A stretch of 35,522 nt of DNA, from contig NMRA01001246.1 in NCBI GenBank assembly GCA_002633005.1, positions 1 through 35,522 on the forward strand, given 5' to 3'. This DNA comes from Phoronis australis. Its lineage: Eukaryota; Animalia; Phoronida. How positions within the stretch are numbered: the stretch's first letter is position 1; each line of letters begins with the position of its first letter. Below are positions 13,201 to 25,200 of this stretch, one piece after another. A model generated the notes under the pieces. The model searched no databases. It was not told where the DNA came from and was given only the letters and a program-made list of their open reading frames with translations. A program made the translations under genes and the position numbers.

Positions 13201-16200
13201 TTACCGAATACGCTTGCGAATTGTCATTTTCCTGTTGGCCTATAGAAAAATGCAGCGATCAAAATGATGTATTCCCTTTGTTTGCATTTGATTTGTTTGT
13301 GTGTGTAACTATTTTTAGAGCTTTCTTAAGAAGGCCTTTGAACACTTTTAAGGTTTGTGTTAACCTGTCTATGAACAAAAGTTCCACATGCAAGAAAAGT
13401 ATGTTTTTAATTGTAGCTAGCTGGATAAGAATTTGCTATGCACAAGATTAGAGAATAAACAATTATCAGTGTATTTAACAACAAAATGGCAAACTGGACA
13501 AGCACATAAATACTGATAAAAAGAAACAACATTTAAAGTCCAAAATCAGGCATATCAAGTACTGAATTTCTGAATTAGGCTCAATTCATCTCAGGTTATT
13601 GCTGAAGGATTGCTTTTCACTTTGTCCAAAGGTAAAATAGACGGTCAGGTGGTTGGTTTAAGTCGTTTTTTCTCACCTGTAACAGAATAGTCGGAAGTAT
13701 TAACAAAATCATAAAAGAAAACACAAGACGAACCTACTTTTGTTAGGCAGAACATACTTGACGTTCCATCTTCCTGTTTATATGTAGAAACAAATAACCT
13801 TTGTACCCAATTCTTATTTAATATCTGAATTGAAATATGTGGAACAGGCTAAAAGTGATTTAACAATGTGTATTTTTCATGACTCTTAAATTCTGCTTCT
13901 GATCTCAACAAGTAAAATCATTATAGGTGTCAATTTTTATGCCAATGCAATGATACCACATTTACTGAATTAAGGCTTGTTCAATGTTGATTCGGTAACT
14001 AATCTGGTAGTCCTGGGGTTGGGATCCACTATAAAATAAGGAAAGTCACTCATCTAGAGATTTTTGTTGAACACAGCATAGTTTTGAAGAAAAACTGCTG
14101 TGAAAAGTCACCTTTGACTTCTGAGCGTCACGTACCATACACCTCTTATATTGGGCGCACTGCCACCTAGAACAATATGAACATGTGGTGCACGACTACC
14201 CGGTATCTGAGTCCCGAGTGAGTTTCCTAAAACAAACACTTAGTTCTACTCAATAAACCCGTTATTCAGCGGGGTAACTGGTGGGGATAACATCACGGAG
14301 CGATGTCCATAGAAACTGTTTGCTAAAAACTTACCAATTAATGTTATGTAGTCTCCCAATGAAAATGCATAGAACACACACGGGGCTTCGGCATCCACAC
14401 ACTTTTTGTCAGTTGGTTGACCCTTTTGACCGCAATTGTACACGAATATAGTAACATTAGGTCTTTTGCGAATTTGTGACCACCTGTCGAAGACTTGCAC
14501 CAGGGAAAATAGCAATAATAAGGCTTATCGCGACAATTCCATCTTTACCAGTTGTTTACATGCAGACAGCGACGCATGCGTAATTCAATCACTACTAGTA
14601 CAGCAGCGACACCGCGAGGAGAATTCTCTGAATAGCCCCATCGGTGCAACTGAATTCTCAATAGGCAACAGGCACACCACAAGTTGTCGTTGTTAGTTTA
14701 GTCTACTGTTACTCCCTTGTAACTGACTGTGTCTGTGTATCATTACTTGTCGTTAGGCCTTGCAAGGTGGCCACTGTTTTTCTTCTGATGATGGTGTTTC
14801 AATAAATGCCAAACATGTCAAGACATTTTAAATCCGTCATTGTTTTTAATAATTCCATTATGAAAAATGGATTTCGTCTTTTGGGCAACTTAAGACTGTT
14901 TTAAACAGAACTTTTGCAGCGAACTGATTGCACAAAATATAAAGCGTGTGATAAACATTACGAAAGAAGCAGGTTCGCATGCGAACGTTGTGGACATCAA
15001 ACAAGTACGTTATTTAGCGTAGCTTTCAAGATGGAAGCGTGGTGGAGTAATAAAAGAACACGAGCCCGCTGATATATAGGTCGTGAGTTCGATCCTTGCA
15101 AACAGCAATATTGCGGTTAAACGATTTAAATGCTTTAAAACAATAGTTGTTAGTTTGTCGATTTACAAAAATTGAACAGAGTGAAGATATTCTGAATGAT
15201 CAATAAATGATGTCCATGCACATACTCAGTGTTATCATACATGAATAATTCGTTTGAGCGTATTTTACCTATATTTCGCCATAAATTGCTGAGCATTCAA
15301 GCTTTTGAGAATAACTCCGTTTTCTTCAGTGAACCACATGTCGTCACCAGTGTTGTCATTCATCGAGCCGCACATTCCTTCGGTGTTTCCATGGTCTACG
15401 AGAGATGGCGTTATGTACACTTGCAGCCAAGTTCTCTGCTGTGTCACCTTGACTATTGTACCTGACGGCATGTGAACCTGAAGCAGAAAATATTGCTGCA
15501 TTTATATATGTATTTTGTTGTATTTTTAATATGTACATTCTTCTATAAAGTCTGATGTATGTGTGTATGTTTGTGTGTATATACTGCATGTGTGAAATTG
15601 CATGTACATGTAGGCATGCATGCTTGCATGTATTTGATGTTTTGAAACCCAGACATAATGTTTTAGTGCTTTCTGGGCTTAACGCTTATTACATTGTATT
15701 TTTCGTAATCAACATTAAAAAAACAAAAACACTGACGTGCTCCTTAAACGTGATCGGCTGAATTGAATTTATTTCGATGCAAATGAATGGAAATTTTTAT
15801 TATAAAATGTTGTAGAACTAAATGAAATACATAGGTATTACGAAATACGGATATTATTTATGACAACAAAGTACATTAGTACCTCAGGCGATAATTTCCC
15901 AAAATCCACGAGGGCTCTAAATAAGGGGGATAACGACTAGAACATTTAATAATCTATTTATACCACATACTGAGCAAGAACCATTGTAATGAATTGACCT
16001 ACTTTTCTCGACTCGCCTCTGCTTTGAAACTACTTCCTATGTCAGAAGCCCGGGGGTCAGACGTCATGACCTTTTACGAAACGCCGAGTTATTCTCGGTA
16101 ATATAATGTTTTTGCTCAAAACCAGTTGGAATTTTAAAGAAAACAGAAATAAAATGAACCTATAAAATAATTTTTTTAAGCATCTAATCTAGCTTACTAC

Positions 16201-19200
16201 ACTTCTTATCATGATGAGCTTGCACCGTGAAAATGTCGTCTGCTAAAGTAAGTTACCGCTGGTTACTGAGTATAATTTTAATGAATTCCAACGTAATTAA
16301 TCGACCTACCTTTCTCGGCTCGCCTCTGCTTTGTAACTATTTCCTATTTAAGAGGCCCGGGAGTCAGAGGTCATGACCTTTTACGAAACGACGAGTTATT
16401 CTCATTAATAAGTTTTTGCTCAAAAACCGTTGAAAATTTAAAAAAACATAAATAAAATGAACATGTGAAATAACTATTTAAGCAACTAGTCTAGGTTACT
16501 ACACTTTTTATCATGCTGAGCTCGCACCGTGAAAATGTCGTCTACTAAAGTATGTTACCACTGGTTACTGAGTATAATGTCCAAGGCAAAGAATCCCGAA
16601 GACATGTTCAACACATTTGAACTAGAGATCGATGATTTACAAGGGAGAGAAAATGACCGATAAATTTTAATGAATTAAAGATGTCGTCTTGATTGGAATT
16701 GTGCGTCTTATTTTTTATGATGTACTAATGTCGGTACAAAGCGGTATGCGAAAATGTAATTATTGCAAGTCCACATTAAACTATTCTAGTTTCACATTTC
16801 ATGACGTCATTTGGTAAATGACGCGGCGGTAAAGTCGACGGCTCGAAAACTAGCGGTCTGGGGGTCCCGCCAAAATGTTATTCAACACGCGTTGAATAAT
16901 TAAACGGATTATTTAACAGTTCTATTGGCCATGTTAGGCTAATGTTTTGGCTTAATTGTACTTAAATGAGGACGCGGAGTAATGGCGTGTTCAATATAGC
17001 GCATTGTATTTACATTCATACGCACAGTTGGAATAAAATGACAGCTTTAATTCAGTAAACTTTATCAGTCATATTCGCTCGCTTCTAAATCATCGATCTC
17101 CAGTTGTGAGAACTTGCCGTCAGGATCCTTTAACTTGGACATTATACTGAGTAACCATTGGTAACCTACTTTAGTTGACGACATTCTCACCGTGGAAGCT
17201 CAGCATGATATGATGTTTAGCAAGCTAGACTAGTTGCTTAAATTTTATTTTATCGATACACTTTATTATTATTTCAACAAGAATGACTCGGCGTTTCTTA
17301 AGTAAAAGCTCAAGACCTCCAACCGCAGGTCTGCTACATAGAAAGTAGTAACAAACCTGAGTCGAGTCGCGAAAGCTAGATCGATTCATTGGGATGTTTA
17401 TCGTTCAGTATAACGCCCCTCCGGCAATAATTCTACAAAACCACAAGGGCTTTAGATTACTGGGGATAACGACTTTGCCATGTGATAATCTGTGTACAAA
17501 TAATTTTGTGACTCAGTTTAGCGATTTCGCGCAAGATTCATAACCATGGATGATCATGATACCAAAATCTGGAGATAAAGGTATCCTCGCATACGAAAAC
17601 CAGCATTAGCAAAATCGCCCTAGGTTTCGCAATTGAAATTGTACATTTGTAAGAATGCTAAACGAAGGTCAAGCTAATCTGGTCACATCAATATAACGAA
17701 TCTGTAATTTTTGATGGGATCATTTGTTTTCAAATACCGTTCCTGACTGATTTTATTATAGTGACGGGTCTGGTCATATATCTTGCAAGCTGAGTGTTGT
17801 CGGTAACATGTCTTGATAACCGGCAACGCTCGCTGACCGCCTGACAGACTACATATAAATCTTATCAATATTTCAGTTTGCAACCTATGGTTTGTTGGTA
17901 GGCCCTTCATTGAGGTTCATTGGCAACACGGTGTTTGTTAGTAAAATGACCGCCGTTGAAGGGAGTGAATAACTAAAGCTTGATTGATTATTTATTTGAT
18001 AAAATATTATATTGCTAGTCACTCGTGACTAGCAATATGGAACGTGCCTCCAACCCTTAAGCTCTCATGGGCAAATGTTTTGGTCGTAGTAATAGTAAAC
18101 AACAAAAACATTTTTTGAATTTCTAGGCGTTTGTTAAGAAGACATAATCAGTTCATGGTCGGAAAACGCAATTTGAGACTTATTTTGGATTGACTACTTG
18201 AAATTTGACAAAAGTTAAGCAAAATCTGTTGTGTTTTCGCGCATTCACTAATAATCGCCAAGTACAGTTTGGTTACAACTCTAAAAGAAAGAGTTTTTTA
18301 ACTCGAGACTAAATCCCTATGTCAATTCAGTATTTTTAGTGTTCCTACACACTCTTGTTTGACATCCCTACGCAAAGACCAATTATTGTCTATCACTAAT
18401 GGACGAATGTTTTGGTCGCTGTAGTAGTAAACAATGAAAGTATGTTTTTGTATTTCTAGGCATTTTTAAGAAGACATAATCAGTTCATGGTCGAAAAAAG
18501 CAATTTGAAATTTATTTTGGATTGACTACTTGGAGTTCGACAAAAGTTAAGCAAAATCTGTTGTGTTTGCGGAGTTTCGTTATTAATCGCCAAGTCCAAT
18601 TTGGCTACAACGGAGGTTTTTAACTCGAGACTAAATCCATATGTCAATTCAGTACTTTTTAACGTTACTCCACACTCTTGTTCGACATCCGACGCATAGA
18701 CTTTTTGTCTATCATTGCTCAAAGAGACAATGAAGACGTTCATCAACGGTATACAGAGAACAGAAACCTAACGACACATACTTTGTCTTCGTATAGTACT
18801 TCTTCGGGTAAAATGACCCTAACTTAACTCAATGAGAAATCCAACTTCAAAAGTTTCACAATTCGATAAATCACCAGGAGATCAGTTTGATTTAGCGGTT
18901 ATTAAGGCAGTAATTGTTCTGTTCCAGACACACAATAGGACTTTAAATCAGATTTCCTGATAAACAGGACTCTTAACCATAGAGAGACTTGTAGATGTCT
19001 ATTTAAAACTTAGACCCTCTCTTATTCTCTCTCAACCTCGCTCAACCTCTCTAACATACCTCTATTGTTCCCCCGTTGTTTTTTTGCACCAGCTTGGTTC
19101 CCCTGCCGTAAGAACTACTACAGGATCCTTTCTGAGTTATACTAAGTCTTTGCTTGTGTCCTGCACCGCCGTGGCTTATCTCAACTCTACTTTTCTTGCA

Positions 19201-22200
19201 CCGCTCGATCACAAAAATATCGGTTGCGGATCGCACCGCCACCCCACAGTTGCAAGTCGCTGAACTAGTGCCGGGGCATCGTTGCAACAAAGATTGTACC
19301 TTGAAATGCGCAATAAAAACAATGTAATGATGATTTAATTCAAACTTAGAACTGAATTAGAGTCTACTGAAGTAACAACACCCGGAAAACTGAAGACATC
19401 CACCAAACATGGTTTGAGATCGCAAACTGTTGATAAACACATACATGTACATGTAAAATAGCATAGAAATTCCACATTTTAAACTCAGTTGATCATAGCA
19501 TTGACTCACCTCAAACGGATACTTTTTGTTTCTGTACAATAGAAACACTCCTTCAAGATGTCCATCGTATCGTCTAGAAATAAACTAAGCTGTGAGAACT
19601 ACTTTACCGTTATGCAGAAGCCTATATTGGGCTGACTTGGGGGCATTGTTGTATCTCAGAGATGGTTGATTGGAATCATAATCTTTCAGATATCACGTTT
19701 ATGCAGTGTTCTTAAAAACTCTTTAGGGCTTGTCTTGAAATTGTTTCACTTTTACACGAGGTCTATCAAAAATAGGACTTCTATGATCGTCATGAAAAAC
19801 CGTGAGAGTTTAATAAAACAAAACGAAATAATATCTTAGAAAACTTTAACTACAAAGTTTTTGATGTGTTACCTTTAACATTTATATCGATTAAAACTTA
19901 ACTACGCTATTGATACACGTTATTATTTTTCTTTCATTATACGTTTCTTTTTTCCAAATTTTACTAATCAGGCATGGTCACATGACCCAATAAATAACAG
20001 GCTGGTAAAAAGTCATTTTTTTTCCGAATTTCTACTCTAAGAAATTATACATTCACTCAGTTAAAATCTGATATTTTGAGAATGCAGACTTGTCTATAAG
20101 ATGCTACATAACCGTAAACGAGTGTTGGTTTCACATCGTCCTACCCTTATTTCGTTGAGATATGTATATGTATTGATATGGATAGAGATATATTATATAA
20201 CTTTAATTCAATCATTTTGAAGTCTGTGACTCATAGCTGACGTACGTTGGCGTAAGAAAAAAGGAGGATGTCGACCCTTTTCTGGATGTTTTTGGACGAA
20301 TAATGCTTTACCACAGAATCACTTTCTAAAACACATATTAGGTTAATTCGTCCTTGCATATTTTAGGGCCAATAGATCCTTTGAAATGACAAGTAAATTG
20401 AAGAAAAAGTGCCTGTCCTTCGTAGTAAAACATTTCCAGGCTGGTGATTCATTGCTCTTCAACGTTCCAGAAATTGCTTTAGCATCAATGAGTTTTAGAA
20501 TTCGTTTGTTTACTATGGCGTTGTTTCGACTTTTTGGACTAGTCAAAAACAATTAAAATCCAAATCAAAAACAATTATAATTTGAATTACTAAGCCCTTT
20601 GACAGGAGCAACACAGAGCGTTGAAATGCGCCCACGAATGTATCGCAAATGGATTGCTTTTAGGGTTGTTTATTTGTGTCAAAATTTTATGAAAATCCGT
20701 TGAGGACCTTTGAAGATACAGAGATAAACGTAACACAAAGAAAATCGTTGTCAGCCGTCCACTTCATAGTCAAAACATACATGCCAATTTTCACAATTAT
20801 CCTGAAAGCGATTTGGTTGATAGAGGGGTGGACGTCAAAAAGCAGACTCGAAAACAGTAAAAATGGCCACTAGATGGCGCAAAATACTTCAAATCCATCC
20901 GAAAACCAGAGGATAGCATCATCTCACTAATAGACGACTATATCCCAAATTTTGTGGAAATGTGCCGAGGACCTTTAAAGATAGAGAGGTAAATGTAGAA
21001 AATTAAATTGCCACTAGGGGGAGCACCAGTAGTCCCATCCCTGCGAAAGTCGTCGTTGTCCGTTGTCAACATCATATAAATATACTTGCTAAATCTAATA
21101 AAGATCCTGCAAACGGTTCAGGAGATACAGCCATGGGCGCAAAAAAACTGCCACTAGGACTCTTCACAGTATTCGAAGTCGTCGACGACAGCCATACTTT
21201 TCATAGTAAGAACATACATGCCAATTTTCACAATCATCCTTCAAGCGGTTTGGTTAATAGAGGGGTGGACGTCAAAGAACAGACTCGAAAATAGTAAAAA
21301 TGGCCACTAGGTGGCGCAAACTACGTTGAATCCATCCGAAAACGAGAGGATAGTGTCATCTCACTAATAGATGCCTATATTCCAAAGTTTGTGAAAATCC
21401 GTTGAGGACCTCCGAAGATACAGAGGTAAGCGTAAAAAAATTGCCACTAGTGGGCACACCCGTACTCTTAGAGGTCCGAAATTTGTCGTCATCCATTGTC
21501 AGCTTGATAGGAACACATCTGCCAAATCTCATCAAGATGTTGTCAGAGGTTTAGGAGATACAGCTGCGGACGACAGACGCCGGACGCCCGGACGCCGGAC
21601 GCCCGGACAATATGCGACCACATATAAATATGTGGGCGCATAAAAATCATCACCCGGTCATGGAACCGGTCAATTGTAATTCTTCTAGACTTCCCTGGAA
21701 CATCATGGATGTAACCGTTGTCGGGTTGTGGGAGCACACCGATTTACCCAAACGTGAAATTTTGAAAAATCACTAAATTGCACCCGTGGTAACCTGAACA
21801 TAAAAAATCAAAGACCTGTAAAATTTTTAATTTAGGTTCCTATTTTTTAGTCCAAATTGTGTCATGGTAGTGGCAAATACGTCATCACTTAACATTCGAA
21901 TAGGGTGTGTGGCTTTAAGAATTAGAAAGTTTCAAGTATGACAGGATTGAAACAAATTATTCGGGTGAAAAGTTTTTTGACATAAGTGAAAAGATACAAG
22001 TACCACAGCGGAAACCTAATGGAATGTGCTGTTAAAATGTGCGAGGCAAATGATGGACCACGAAATATGAAGTTGTTTTCTTTGAAGCCAAGATCATCGA
22101 TGCCCACACTAAAACATGTGAGAAAAGCAGAACGAAAACAAGTAATCGACAGTCACAGCCGCTATGTGACTCGGCCTTTTTGCCAAAAGTATATTTTGTC

Positions 22201-25200
22201 GACGAGTTACATCTTCTGCGATGTAAACCCGAAAGTATTGATCCTCCTCTGGCATTTGGGGATCCCCCAAGTGGCCAACACATTATCTCTATTTTACAGA
22301 ACGTCTTATAGGAGATATGCAACTCCTTAGATTTCATTTTTATTCTAAATGACAGAGTGAAAGCGAAAGCATTGGATTATTCCGGCTCGGTGACTGCCAC
22401 GTGCCAGGTTTCGTGTAAGTCTCTGCCGTTTCAACCAAACTGTGAATCATAGATCTCTGAACTTTGACAGGTTGCGATGCAAAACAAAAGAAATGGCGAG
22501 TGGCAAATGTATGCCTTTGCTATCAGCAAAAATTAATCACAGTCATTTATTTATTAAATTCTATGTTCTTTCAAATAAAAACGTCGTTTCGTACTACATT
22601 TCAACGTATACTGGTTAGGGCCGTTGACCACTGACCTTTGTAAATCCGAACAAAAGTCCAGTGTGCAATAGGTGTACAGTGTACGTGACGCAAATCATCT
22701 TATGGTATGAAGTAAGTAAAAAGGGACAAATTTCATCGTGATACTAAATATGCTCAAGCTTCAGCCACAAACAGTTCTTCTACACATTTGGCACACTACA
22801 TCAATAAGTAAGAAAACGTCAGTACCTCGACTGCCACTACACAGATATCCGAACCTGTCCCGGCTCAGATCAGTTGGCTTTGAACACGATGTACTTACCT
22901 ACCGTCGAATGTTGTGATCACGGGGTCATGCGTTGAAGAACAATAACGGTTTAGTGTTTTCGCTTCATCTTGGTCCCTAATCATGACCTACCATTAAAGC
23001 GGAATTGATTGCAATTTTGACAAGACACGGCTAGATCATGGACGGTGCAGCACTGAAGAAATTGGGGGCAGCTATAGCCCCCCAGTCCCCTATGGTGCGC
23101 CGCCCATGTTGATGAAGAATGTGGAGTGCAGTTGCAGTAATGGGATAGCTACAAAAATGTTTTACCGTTTTGTAGTTACACAACGTTATCACACATAGGA
23201 GATTATACGGCCGTCAAATAACTTGCTTTCAAATTACATCATTTTTGGCCATAGTACGATTTAAAAAATGGACAATCGTCACACGAATAAAAAAAATCTT
23301 GTTAACTCAACGTTTCGTCTATTCATATTCTGTGCCCTGTTTAGCTGGCTAAAAAGAAAAAGCGAATTCGGGACTTTTTTTCTTATAAAGCAGTCTTAAA
23401 TCTTGCTTTAACATTATAGAACTTGTTTTATGAAGAACATACAAACTGTCAACGTTCAATTTTACTTGGGCTGGACAACGCTTAAATTCCAAACCGGCCC
23501 AGGGGAATTCCACTCAAAATGATCGGTCGCGTGACAAACAGTGATCATTTCCGGTAAGAGCATCGCATTTAAACCAGCTGTTGGATTTGGCTCTTTGCTC
23601 GTTAAAGACATGTAAATATGCATAAGTGACTTCTAAACAGGCCGAAATTTAGCGTTAATGTACTTCATTTCATCTTCCGTCATTATTGTTTAGTAACTAC
23701 ATGTTCATGTGCATGCGTACAATGAATTTGCACGTGTTCTGCTCACGATAAAGAGAGGCTAACCAGATCTAGAAGCTATACAAGTTTAAGATATCACTGA
23801 TGTGATAGTGGGATGTTTTATGTATTTCAGAAATAATAAGTGTATGTAAAAGTTTAGTGTTTACGGGATTCAAATCAGGGTTGTTGAGCTTGAGTGCGCG
23901 GGAGAGTAGAGGTGATGTACAGCGGCCATAATGTGTCTGTCTGTGTGTGGCCCTACATGTATCTGGGTGAAGACATCAGCTAGTGTTGTTTAGTTAAACC
24001 TTGCTATACTTTTGACACTTTAGTAATATGGACTATTTTACATTTCAGTTAAGTGAGAATCTGACTCACATTGATTTAGTAGGTGTTTCCTTATTTATCC
24101 TTGTGTATTTACATAGAATGTGTAAATTGGTTAGTAATACAGATGAATTGCAAATCAAGTGTTTCTTTGGTCTAATAATGTTGCAAACGTATATAAATCA
24201 TATACTGTTCGTTTCAACCTGGTTCTCTTCTATTGTAAATATTGTTATACACTTCCTGAACACTTTTGTTATATCTTATGAAATATATAATTACCGAAAC
24301 GTCTTCCACTACGTAATCAAGCCATGCTGGGTGAGAACTTTCTGAGTGCCGGAAGGTGTGATTAGACGAGGTTGTAGACAGTTTCAGCGTAGCTTTGCGG
24401 TTAAAAGCAACTTGTCCATCTACCGAGGCTTTTACTGTGACGGTGAATTTTCCATGGACGTTTTTGTCCCACATGTAGTTCTTGTCTTTTTGATCTTTTA
24501 AAATAAACTTTTTCTCACAGCTGTCCATCGTATTTAATGACTTGGGAACAAAGCCAGTAATACATAGTTGTTTCTCGTCTTTTTCTAAGACCTGTACTTC
24601 AAAGTCTATTGCGCACCCATCTCCGTCTTTGACAGGGTCACAGTTCACGTTAATCATTGGAATTGTAGATGCGAACTGGACGTCAGCGTTTTCCCCTTCC
24701 CTCACATCGATGTGTTTTGTTACAACCTAAAGCGTAAGACGTACACTGTATCACTTATGCATAGACATTAAGTGATAAGTGCTGACTGCAAGTGAACGCT
24801 TCATAAATTAGTTCATCAACTGAAATAAAATTAGACATACCGATCACTGCATGACTATGAATTTACCATTCTTCTCAACAGTACTTTTCGATGGTACATA
24901 CATTATAAAGTTGGTGATTAAGTGTTGCAGCCTGATTCTGGTGACCTAGATGCAAAGAATAATGGGGCAGTCTCAGAAGGAAAACGATTACACCGAAATT
25001 GGACCGAAATTAAAAATACCACAGAATACCCAAAATTGCTCTGCTGTAGCAGCCGACAACTCTTTGCCGCTTAGCCAAAAACGATGTTAGAAAATTTTGA
25101 TTATTCCCTTTGTTAAGATTTTTTACCAAATTAACTCTCAAAAAGTAAGACATTTTTTAAAAACTGCAGTCTTATTCGCATATCGCTCGGTACTCGAAAA

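Noticed and set aside
15037-15110. Functional tRNA gene
   Set aside because: Only A- and B-box-like motifs are present; acceptor and anticodon stems cannot be formed.
18480-18746. 88-aa minus-strand ORF
   Set aside because: It lies in one copy of a tandem duplication whose other copy has indels, and it is not needed for the exon H-to-I phase join.
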